Shown here piece by piece: positions 25,260-37,600 of a DNA stretch of 64,000 nucleotides; position 1 is the first letter of the stretch, and each line of letters starts with the position of its first letter. The translations under genes were made by a program, and so were the position numbers. The stretch covers positions 22,754,001-22,818,000 of the forward strand of contig JBHGNT010000005.1 of NCBI GenBank assembly GCA_043228905.1, read 5' to 3'. This stretch comes from Azolla caroliniana (Eukaryota > Plantae > Polypodiophyta). The notes beneath the pieces are model-generated. The model worked only from the letters and a program-made list of their open reading frames with translations. It made no database searches and was not told the DNA's origin.

Positions 25260-26422
25260 CATTATTATGAGATATATGTCAACAAGATAAACCATGGATA
25301 TCTATGATGCAATATTTTATTGAGCATGAAGGATTGGTGCACAAGAAAACAAAGATTCAAGCATCCTGGTGGTCATTATTCAATGGAAGTATTTCTCTAA
25401 AGATTCGACATTCTGTATGTGGACAACGTTTTGTAAGATCATGGCAAGATGCATTATCTCTTTTTGAATATGGACCATTAAGTGATCAAGAATAGACTTG
25501 TAATTCATTACAAAATGAATTGCTTGTTTCTTCTCGAGTGTTGTTTTGACATGGGAAAGAGAAGTTGAGATCTCAATTCAATTGTTTATTTTGATTGGGG
25601 ATTTTTTACATTTGGAAGATGTGGTTAATAATGAATCTCAAAGGTTGTCGAAATTTGAAGATGCCAAGTGATGGTTATTTATTCCCCGAATTTATGGATT
25701 TATTTGGGAGACATTACAAGATATATCATTGTTGCAAGGATCTTGGCAATTGAAAACAAATATTCCACCTTGGGTGGATTGGCAGTTACAAGATGGTACA
25801 CACTTGTTACATGTCACTACAAATATATTGTATCATCATGTAATGGCATCATTAACTTGGCTATCTCCTAAAGCAGCGAAGTTGTGGAATGTATGTAAGT
25901 CATATGCAAGGTGGTGGAAAATATTACAACGTGGTTGGCATTCCCATCTACCATTTCGTGCAAAAGGTATCCATATGGAGAGTCATGATTCATGGGTTCC
26001 CATTAGGTTCCACCTTAAAGAGACGAGGACTAGGGTTTGACACTTGTTTCTTTTGCACCGTTCTATTGGGCAATAGTACACATAGGTTCATTAAATGTCC
26101 TATAACATGTACCGTTTGGAAGTACTTATTGGACATTTGGCAAGTTTTAACTCGTCGTTGTTTGAGACCTCAGCAATGGGTTTTTTCTCAATATGTTCAA
26201 AATGGTTCAAATGATGAGATGGAGATATTGTTCCAATTTTTACGTTATTGGGGATTACAACACAATTGGAATATGTGTAATGCTTGACAATAGACATGGA
26301 GTGAAAAGCCTATATAAAGAAGTTGAAAGGTGGATTTTTTGGATGTTAGAGCATGTGGGGATCATTTCCTTAAATGCATATTCAAGTTTTTTAATGGCAT
26401 TACATGACGTCCCTCTCCATAC
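25260..26422 (+). mobile_element. Decayed L1-clade LINE 3' portion (zf-RVT region)
   Basis: WRVMIHGFPLGSTLKRRGLGFDTCFFC...STHRFIKCPITCTVW matches the L1 zf-RVT consensus W.....LPT...L..RG.....C..C....E...HL...CP....VW. Interrupted at 26436 by a MITE and resumes near 26899-26950. Confidence 0.8.
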
Positions 26423-26435
26423 ATAGGCATATGAT

Positions 26436-26890
26436 TAACAATCGGCAACGGTTCAGTTCGGTTCGAGAGGGTCAAAACTGAACCGTTTAAAATTTTAAAA
26501 ACCTGAATCGAACCGAACCGAACCACGAAACCGTTAAACCGAACCATTAAAACATTTTCAATCTGTTAAGCCATCAAACCAATAAAACCACGGTTTCGGT
26601 TTTCAGCTTAGGTCAAAATTTTGAAAATTTATAATATTTCATGATTTAAAATTTCAAAATTTTAAAGATTTTCTTAAAATGTGAGAATAAGGCATGAAAA
26701 TGAAAAGATTGTTTAAAAATAAAAATAATTTTTTTTTAAAATAATAAAAAAACAAAAAAAACCGCGGTTTCTAACTATTGAAACCAAATAGAAACCGAAC
26801 CGAACTGTTAAAACAAATCTAAAACCGAACTTGAACCGAACTGTTTAAACCATTAAGCCACTGTTTCGCGATTCCCGTTGCCGATTGTTA
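26436..26890. mobile_element. hAT-type MITE (subfamily 1)
   Basis: Perfect 16-bp TIR TAACAATCGGCAACGG / CCGTTGCCGATTGTTA. 8-bp TSD CATATGAT / GATATGAT (1 mismatch). AACCG subterminal repeats. Confidence 0.92.
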
Positions 26891-27606
26891 GATATGATAT
26901 GGTTATGATATGGTAGAGGAGACTAAGAAGTGTTGTAACCATAAATTGACATATTCGCATTCGTGGGGCCTACCCCACGAATTAATACGAATAGGAATAC
27001 GAATGCATGTAAATGTATTCGTTTTCTTTTCTTTTTTTGAATTTTTTATAAAAAATAAAAAACTATTTTTTCTCTAAGAGTGAGTGAACGAACATCAAGT
27101 AGCGAGCGAGGAAGCCTCACCCTACTCCCTGTGCGTGTTGCCCTCGCTTCCCTCTGCATCTTGTTCTCAGCCAAGAAATTAGGGTTTCAGCCGAAAACCC
27201 TAATTTCTATCATAATCCTAATTTCGACAATATTTCTTTCTTTTGAGCCAGCATCTTTGACTCCCGCTCATGCTCTATTCTAATCCTCATCTTGTTCTCT
27301 GCTACAAACTCAGGCTTTCATTGAAACCCTAAGTTTAACATAAACCCTAATTAATTAATTATTAATTAAGTAACTAATATTTTTCAATTAATTAATTAAA
27401 TTTTTGATGAATTAAGATATGTATTAGTAAATTAATTAATGTATAGTGAATCAATTAATGTTTAAGTGAATTAATTAATTATTATATTGGTGAGTTAATT
27501 AATTATTGATGTATGTGTGTATATACATATATGAGTGATATATGTGTGTGTATATGTATATATCATAAACTTGTAACTAAGTGGATTTTACATATAATTA
27601 ATATAA

Positions 27607-28044
27607 CGGAAAAGTACCAGGATACCCTGGAAGTTCGTCTATTTACCAGAATGCTCTTGGAAGTTCCAAATTTACCAAACTATCCCTATGTGCAAAATAT
27701 TACACTTTATAAAGTAATTATACATTCAAATCTTTGGTAAATAGGGCTAGTTCGGGTCCATTTCTTCCATACCAGAATGCTCTTGGAAGTTCCAAATTTA
27801 CCAAACTATCCCTATGTGCAAAATATTACACTTTATAAAGTAGTTATACACTCAAATCTTTGGTAAATAGGGCTAGTTCGGGTCCATTTCTTCCATATTT
27901 GGTCAATAGGGCTTGTAGATTTGAGTGTATAATTACTTTATAAAGTGCAATTTTTTGGATATAGGGGTAGTTTGGTAAATTTGGAACTTCCAGGGGCATT
28001 CTGGTGAATAGACGAATTTCAAGGGGTATCCTGGTACTTTTCCC
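27607..28044. mobile_element. Mutator-like MITE with ~125-bp TIRs and an internal 126-bp tandem duplication
   Basis: Left TIR GGAAAAGTACCAGGATACCC...TCAAATCT pairs with right TIR AGATTTGAG...GGGTATCCTGGTACTTTTCCC. 9-bp TSD TTAATATAA / TTGATATAA. Segment 27645-27770 is repeated at 27771-27896. Confidence 0.9.
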
Positions 28045-28360
28045 TTGATATAATTGTGTGCTTTTAAAAAAAATAAAAGAGAGAGAGAGAGAGACAGAGA
28101 GAAGAGAAAGAAGCAGGCAATGATATGATTGATTAGTTAGTAGTAAGTAGTGGATTCAGTGAATGCAGGGAGACCATGGAATTGATTTCTGCATATATAT
28201 ATATATATATGTATGTATGTATGGGGGGTGGAGCTTTGGCCACGATGCCTCCTAACTTTCCCATCACAAGATCCTCCCATTGTAACAATTTCCATGGAGC
28301 TTTACCTCCCCTGCTTCTTCTTCTTCTTCTTCTTCTTCTGACCTCCAAGTTCTTGTGGCC

Positions 28361-31300
28361 ATGGCTTGTAGTGAGTGTTCTCTCCTCCTTCAAGCCATGT
28401 CTGCTCCAGGGTCTCCCTGCTACACTCGCACTTCTCTTGCCCATTCCTTCAACAACAACAAAACATCCACATCCCCTCTGCTCCGTTGTCCTCCTCCTCC
28501 TCCTCGCTCTGCGGCCACTCGTCTATTGTCATCGTCGTCATCGCTGCCGTCGGCCATAGTGTCCGAAGCTTCGAGCATAACCTTGAAGCCTGAAGGAGAG
28601 AAGGTATCTCTTGGAGGTTCTGATGTGAAGGTTACTAATCTTGGCATTGGAGCTTGGTCTTGGGGTGATACTTTCTTCTGGAATGATGGCTCTTGGGATG
28701 GTATGCTTTCCCTTCTTCTTTACTACATTCCATGTCTTTGATTTTGTAGCTTGCTCTCATAATGTCTCATGCTATATGTAGCTTTTGTGAGCTCTTCTAG
28801 AATGCTAAATTTTTGAATGTGATAAACGTGATAATTGGTGAGTTTTTTTTTTTAATTCTTTTTTTTCGCAACTATGGTTTATATTATGTTTAAAGCGATA
28901 TAATGAAATTTCAGCATTGATATCACATCCCTCTATAACACAGCAATTGTCCTCACTTGGAAGTAATGTATCGGGTTATGAATTACGACAACTTATGACA
29001 CAGCCATATATATCAGCTTCCAAAAAAGAATGATCGTCAAAAGTTTGGAAGAAAAACGTAACCAATACAAAATCCATAGTCATTCTCATAAGGAAATCAC
29101 AATCACTACAATTCAAACAAGTAGTTGATTGAGAATTGCAATACATATTGTGTCAAACCATGATGAGTGAATTTGTGATAAGAGTGTAGAGGAAATATTC
29201 TCCTCTTGGCCACCAAGCAATACAATGAAACCTCTTGCAAGATTGAAAATTTCTAAAGCTTTATTTGCAGTTGTTTGTACTAGGAGATGAATATAATTCA
29301 CTTCACAACATTGCAATCAGCTCATATAGTGAAGCTTCAATCCAGAGCTTCTTATACCACAGAATGCAACGTATGTAAATATATGGCCCATATGATACAA
29401 ATATCTTGTGGATCTCCCAAGATACATAGAAAAACAATGTTAATCTACTTCCTAAACTCCATACCAAACCCCCTCATTGCCCTGTTTTGATATGTGGCAA
29501 TGACAACCATGTATGTATAATCTATGTCAAAACCACATGCACTCTGAAATTTACCATGTAGATTGTTTAGTCAAGAAGCGTGTACTAGGTTGTTCCATTG
29601 TCTTGTTAGTGACATGCCCACAACATGTGCTCTGGAGTTGAGAAACATACTTTACCTGAATTTACTCTAGATTCTAGGTATGATTTATATTTCTTGTCTT
29701 GTAGCATGCCTGACAAATATGCATACCATGTATCACACACCACAAACTTTGTAATTGACTATCATATGTCCAAAAGAGCAAGCTATCCATGATCAGAAGC
29801 ATTAGGCACTTGTCCACATAGCAACATATTTGAACATTAAGCAAGGAACATTGACAGCATCCACAGCAATATCCTCAGGATTCATGATTCAACTTTGCAG
29901 TTAACCATCATACCTCCAAAAGAGCAACCCATCCATGATCAAAAGCATTACCTGCTTGTTGCATAGCCACATATTTGAACACCAAGTAAGGATCATTTCA
30001 GCATTCTTGGAAATATTCTCATGTTCCATGGGTTGCGGCAAAATCAGCCCTTAACAAATATTATCTCCAGGGAGAAGAGCATGTAACAACCGCTCAATCT
30101 TTCTCATAATGTATATGTCAATGCACCTAATATAGGTCTAAACATAACTTTTTCTTTTTTTCCTAAATGGTTACCTTGTCTTTAAGGCTTCATTAAAATC
30201 TATAGTTGAGAATGTTGCGGTATGCTATATTGTCTAGACAATATAAGCAAGGTCGTGATGCAAAATTTTCATATTCTTCCAAGTCCTTAGTAGTAAAAAT
30301 GTCACTATTGAAATGATAACTTGCAGAATGTTGCTGTAGATTCATTTCATCGAGGAACTAGTCTAGAAAGAGTGGGATTTAGGGTTCATTGAGCGTCAAT
30401 GAGAGTGAACTTCAATATTCTTTAGGCTATCAGATAAGATTGGAAAAAAGGAAATTCAAAATTAATGTCTCTGCGAAACCTAAAAATGGCAAATAAGGGA
30501 ATTTACGTTTCGGCGCGTAACAAAATTTATGCACTTAGCTGCATTTTGTTTTCTGCCAAAATGCAACAGAAGATGGCTTTGTTTGGAGATGGAGCTGTCT
30601 ATTAAAGAAAGGGCCATGATTAAATCCCAATTTATCTTCATATGTATTTTTATGTCAATATTCATCACCCAAGCCAAAAGATGTTCATGTAATCTGCACT
30701 CTTCTTCCTTGATATTTCATGGTGATTTCATTCCCTATGTGAATGTTTTTTATTTAGGGCCCCTAGTTTTCTGACTCAAGTTAGTTTCTCTTTTTGGATG
30801 AAGATAGGAAATTGGAAGATGCTAGGGCTGCCTTCAACGCAAGTGTAGATGCAGGCATAACATTTTTTGATACTGCTGGTAAAATTTACATTTTGGTTTA
30901 TTTACTTCCTGTTCCTTAATGCTGTAATATCTTTTCTTATGTATATGATTGTTTTTTTTTTCTTTTCCTTTTTCCGGTACAGAGGTCTATGGGTCAAAGG
31001 TAATTTCTTATCGTGAACTCTTTGTTTTCTTTGTTTATAATATTAAGTTCCGAAGGAAAACATAGCTTCAAATTTCATTCCTACTATGTTGTGATTGTTA
31101 GAATCTTTTTGTAGTAGGTATGTTGAAACTTTTTATATACCATTGCTTGAGTTAGTATGCAAGAGCTCGATATCATAAGGAGAGGACTAAGAAAATAAAA
31201 GTGCAATATCCTAAGCCTAAAGATGGATGGATTGTAAACCTCAAAATCCATGCTCCAACTAGAAGCAAAATCAAACAAGTGATATATGCACATATGTATA

Positions 31301-34300
31301 TTGATAAATGGCCATACATATACAGGCAACTAACAACACACAGCTATCGACATTATATATATGTAATATATATAGCTTTTACATGTTGCACTGTCAATAT
31401 ATATTAAAGAAGAAGTCTTTACCTAAAGGATGGAAAAGTTTGAGTACCTGATGTCCATTTCTTCATTGACATTGAAGAAAATCTATTTGATTTTATTGGT
31501 CACTTCTGTTAAATCCATGGTTGATCACTTGTAAAATTCCTTTGTATAAAACTGTGATGTGATTACTCACCATCTAAACTCATAATCATATTTAGCAAAA
31601 CTGCACAATGTTTCCCATTTTTTTATTGTTTTTTCCCTTCAGGGGTTTTGTTTACTTAATCATTCATGCTAAGATGACAGGCAGAAATTCCTAGTTTGAG
31701 CTTAGAATAAAGGTATCTATGTATGTTTGATATTATTTATCAAGCTTCAAATGAAGGTCTCTGTGTACATTTTATATAATTTGTCAAGCTTCTTGTATTT
31801 CAGGTGGCCTGAGCTTATAGATTGAACCCTTAGGGAAGCTCTAGGAAATTCCCCACAACTAAGACTCCCGTTTGAGTTTTATTTTTTAGTTCAAATGATA
31901 TAAGATGACAATTTGTCTGAAATTAATTTGTAAAACTAATTTCTCTGTACTATTTTGTTTATTTCAAGAAAATGATGGTATTAATTATGGCATTTGGGTT
32001 TCCTAGGCATTTGGTGGTGGAGAAGATTCTGAAAGCTTATTGGGCAGGTGCTTAATGGATATCATGGCAGATGTTTCTATGTTTTGAATGGTCACCATGG
32101 TTTCTGTTGCCATCATGGAAGTATATACTTCTGGCCATGATTTAGTAAATAATAAGTGACTTTGGCCATGCTACTGAAATCCATTCATAAATATCGCCAG
32201 AAAAGGAAAGTCTAACTTAACTACCATCTTAATGGATTGTCAAAAGATATATACATTATATAATCAACTTTAGGAACTCTGTAGACCAGAGAAAAATGAT
32301 CAAAGTAGACAAATTAAATGATATCATGTGTCGAAAAGTATGTATTGTGAAACACAGTTTTATCATATTATTGGTAACCGTTTTCCTTAAACTTAACACA
32401 GGTTCATTAAAGAGAGAAGAAAGGTTGACGACAAGGAAATCATTGTAGCCACCAAATTTGCTGCTCTGCCATGGCGGTTTGGCAGTCAGAGTGTTATATG
32501 TACCTTAAAGGACTCATTGAGACGACTTGGTCTTTCTTCTGTGGATCTATACCAACTTCATTGGTCTAATTTCGTAACCTATTCTTCTGCAGTTTCATTT
32601 TTGTATATTTTCAATATCTGATTTAGTGTTTATTTTTGCAGGCCTGGGCTTTGGGGAAATGAAGGTGTGTTACCAGGATCTTTTAACGAAAATTTAAGTT
32701 AATTTAATGTTCTATTTATTCTTGGATTTAAATGAGAAGAATAATATGATATAAATGGAAAGCCTTGAACAACATGGAAGGAAATATGTGAAATACAGTA
32801 AGAAAATGGTGATGTTGGCCCTATCTCAGAGATCCTGTGTGCACATACTGCTAGGATGGCAATCCACATGTGTAGTACGCTTCGTCTGTCTCATCATGGG
32901 GTGTGCAATCAGTACACATTGAGGTGTAAAAACTCAGGAAAATAAATTAGTCTGTATCAGACAGTTTTTTCAGAACGTGACCACCTGTCATGATATTTTA
33001 TTGTGAAATCACGAGCCATAGAAAGTGTCCCTAAGAATTATCATTGTGAATAGCATGTACCCTTGCATGTAACATTTTGTTTGCTAGAGTTGACAGAATT
33101 GTTCTATTGTAAGAATTTGAATGTTTTCTGCAGATTATATAGATGGATTGGCTGATGCTGTTCAACAAGGCCTTGTTAAAGCAGTTGGCGTGTCAAATTA
33201 TAGTGGTGTGTCTCGCTTTCTTTATTATTTAAATTTCTAATTACATCCATAGAATAGAATCCATAAGAATGAAGGTTATGTCTTGATGGTGGTTAATTGG
33301 TGTTGGGGTGTTCTCTAAGCTTGTATCACTTATCATGATACAAGGAGAAGCTTGAGGAGAAGCTTGAAACAAGAAGTGAACCAGGGGATTTGTACAGTAA
33401 ACAAGCAAGAGTAGCCTTCCAATTCCTCATGAGGAAGAAGACGATATTATATTTAGCTAAAATTGAAACAGAGGGCAAGAAAGTAAAGAAGTGCGGAAAA
33501 TGTTTAATAAGAGACAATCAAGCACTCAATTGACCTCATCTCGTGCTTGCATGAATATGCAAAAGTACTCTTGCATTTCTGGGCAGCCCCCCTCCCCCAC
33601 TCATATGGCTCATCCCACTTGAATCCACCTTTGTTTTACTCTACAAGAGGAGAGAAATGTCATTGTAGGTTACAATTTGGAAGGGCTCAAGATAATGCTG
33701 GATTGGTGGGCGAGAATTTTATATATGCCCATGACACCTTGCTCTCACTTCTTGCCAACATCTTTAATAGTGCTATGTGTGAAGGCTTCTCTAGTATTTG
33801 GGAAGAACATAGGATTGTACCAATACCTAGCAATTATAGAACTAACATGATTGGGCATAGAGAAATGACTGCTGTTCAGCTGGACAGGCAGGTTTCAGAA
33901 AGGGGTTTATTTACAACTTTCAATCACATTTAGATCATTCAAACATGGGGAGAAACCATAAAAGGAGACTATTGTTGCTTTGTGGATTTCCAGAAAGCTT
34001 TGTGTGTGGATCATGCAGTGAATAGAAGTCCTGGGAGTCCCAGAGAATATGCAATGGAGCATTTATGCACTATCTGAATCAGTGTCAGGAAAAGTGCACT
34101 CATACTGGATTGTCGGAGGTTGTGCCTTTCATGATTGGAGTAACGAGGATGCCCCCTCTCACCTACTATCACCCAATCTCTTTAGTCTCTGTAGAATATG
34201 ATACCTAATTACGTAAAAAGCTTGGGTGGTTCAGGAGCGTGTTTAGCCATACCAATATTACTGTATGCCAATGACATTGTGTTAATATCTGAATCTCCAG

Positions 34301-34642
34301 AGGGCTTATAAAGACATCGAAATGCTTTAAAGCATTTTGTATAGAGAAAGATTTGATGGTCAATCTTGATCAAACTGAAGAGATGGTGTTTTAACACCAC
34401 TCAAGCATGAGTAAGAAGATCAGAGGCCAGAATTCTTCTTCAGAGAAGAAAAGGTGGCATGACACACGATCCTACACATATCTAGGAGTAACATCATAGG
34501 GGTTCAGTTATTGTTTAAGTACTTGCCGTACACTCACATTCCACAATTTGCATGATGTTGAAATTGCATTGGTTCCAGAGACACAAGTTGCCTTTTTGCA
34601 GTTCTTCTTCACTTGAACACCTAATCTAGAGCTCTTCCATTA

Positions 34643-34675
<33 letters not shown>

Positions 34676-37600
34676 TATATGGACATACATCTATCCTATG
34701 CGCTGCGTAGTGTGATAGGGCAGCTGCAAACTTCATCACATCAGCTACAGATTGAGGTAGGCAGATATACACGACTACCTCTAGAAGAGAGAATTTGCCA
34801 ATTGTGTCATCAAGAAGTGGAATCTGAAGAACACTATGTTTGTCATTGTTGTGTCTTTTATGAAATCAGAGGGAGATACCATTGCCTCTTTAAACAAGGC
34901 GTTGGTCCACTACGCAAGGTAATGGAATATGAGGACCAACGATGCCTAGGACTTTTCTCGCTAGAGCTCAAGAGACATTGGGAAAAGTTGTTGAAGAATA
35001 CAACCACACAAGCTCATCGACAAAGAACAATCACAACTTTCTTTAGCCCCATCACTCCTACAAGTCAATCACAAGATACACAAATGGGCTCCAAACGAGG
35101 ACATAACAAAGAGGTTACAATTGATCGGGCAATAGCAATTTGCCATGCACGTAGGCCCCGGCCCCATGGACCATGCCCTCGACACCCTTGCCCTCGACAG
35201 ATAAAAGACATTATCTCCCGCCATCGTAAGTGCTTCCCTCGCTTCGGAGACATTTCCATTTTGGATCGACCTATGGTAGAGATCTTTCGAAGATAAAAGC
35301 TACAATATACCTAACTTGAGAATCTCACATGTGCCAAAAACCAGATTACCTCGTTTCTTTTCTTTTCATCTTATTTACTTTTATATTTACTGTGTAATAT
35401 TTATTTCATTTTGATTTGTTCTCAAAGATGAGACAAACTTAAGATGCAATCTCTTATTTGGTCTTATAGGCCATATTGGCCTCTTAAAAGACGTTAATAT
35501 ATCTTTCTTTCTTTCTCCCAATGGAATTGAGTACTCAAATACTTAAGTTTTCCATCTTAATTAATGATACTTATTCAAGGAAGCAAGTCGATTTCTTAAT
35601 GTGAGTTTATTATTTTAACTTAGTCGAAGTGTCCATAATGTCATGTGTTAATTTCTTATTGTGAATTCGTTTTAATTAATTAATCTAAAGTGTTTCTTAA
35701 TAGTTTTAAGTCACATTCATGTAATTAAATGTGAGTGGACAGTTTAATGAGGAGTTCACCAAAGTGGTTAAAACTTCACTAGTAGCGAAGGAATTGTTGA
35801 CACCCATCCCTTCCAGCATTGCAGATAATAAAGTAGATATTGACTGAACCCCCCCTAATGCGATGATCCCAGTATAGGAGCTCGAACTCTACTAAGAGAT
35901 AAGTGTGATAGGAACAATCCTATGCACATCAGCATCTTTGTTATAGACATTTGGCACCTGCCTCAGAAACTTACAAAAAGCTCTAAGGCTTCAAGCACCG
36001 ACCAAAAGTTCCTGGCAGCACTGCCAACATGTGTAGGATTGCTCCTAACACACTTCTCTCGTAGTAGAGTCTTGCTCTCACACCTAGAGCATTGAATTAG
36101 GGGGGTCCATGTTGGCATCTACCCTGCCAGTGGTGATGTAGGAAGCAACAGTGTGAACTGTTCCTTAGCCACTAGCGAAGTGTTAAACACTTTGGCGAAC
36201 TCCTCATTAAACTCTCCATTCTCATACCTAATTAAATGAATGTGGCTTAACCTATTAGATTTAAATACACTTTAACTAATTAATTAAGAAATCAGCGTGT
36301 GATCTGACCTATTAGACTTGACAAGCACTTTGACTAATTTAATTAAAATAATGAAATCACAATAAGAAATCAATCTGTTTACTTTAATAAGTATCATTAA
36401 GCAAGAAGCCAAGCGATTGGTATCCAACAAATTTGGGAGCTCCTAGGGGAAAGGTACTCAAGACACTTAGGTCATCAAACCAGTTGGCTGAAAATGGAGA
36501 CAACCATTGTTGGTATGATGAAATGCAAGAATGGTTCTAGTCACATGGAATAAGTATTCCCTACGCCTATTCTAATATAGCTTGAATGCACACAGGAACA
36601 TGATTTTAGTGGAAAAGGAAAGAGTGACCCAAACCGATATCATTAAATTGGATCATGAAAGAACATGGATTAGCCCCACAATATCTCTTGGTAGGAAGAT
36701 GGTTCACTACAAGGTGCTCTTTATACACGTATCTTAGGATGGATTGGTTGTCAAGGCTTCTTATATTGATACACATATAGCTCATGCACGCTGTGATGTG
36801 ATAGTTGAGGACCTCTTCACATCAGTTAGAAATTGAGATGGGCAAATATGCGTGCAAATCTATGGAAACCAGATTTGCCTACTGTGCCATCAGGGAGGTG
36901 GAATCGGAAGAATACTATGTTTGCCATTGCCTTTTCAGACAAGTCTTTCACCCATTGTGCAAGATCTTGGGATATGAAGACCAACAGTGCTTGTGACTGT
37001 TCTTAGCCACAACAAGCACAACAGCTCATTAATAGAGAACACACATTTTCTCTAGCCACAAAACTCTTTCTCATGCCACAAGTCAATCAAGGATGACACA
37101 AATGGAGTCTTGACCAAGACACTCAAAAGGGGTTTCAATAGATCAGGCCATGAACATTTGGACCATGGCCTTGTCACCTTTGTCACTGACCAATAATGGC
37201 CATTATCAACTGGCATTGAAGGTACTTCCTTTGCTTCAGAGATCTCTCCATCTTGGAGCAGCCCATGTTGGAGATTTTTCATATACAAAAGTTTTAGGCT
37301 ATCTAAGTTTAGTATCTAAAGCTCTAAGATATCTAGATTCTTTAGTACCCTATGTTTAGTTATATTTATTTTCATTTGTTGTTCCCAAGGACAAGAGAAC
37401 ATTGTAAAATGTAATTGCTTTGTTGATCGTTTAGGACATTTTGGCCACTTAAAGATTGTTTAGCTTCTTCAATGGTTCTTCCAGTTTCTGTTGTTGTATT
37501 AGAGAGATGGGCTTGTTTCTTATTTCTTTGATCATTTCAGCTTGTTTGGTGTTTAGACCATCATTAAACAGTCAATGGCAGTGAATTCCTGAATGTATTC

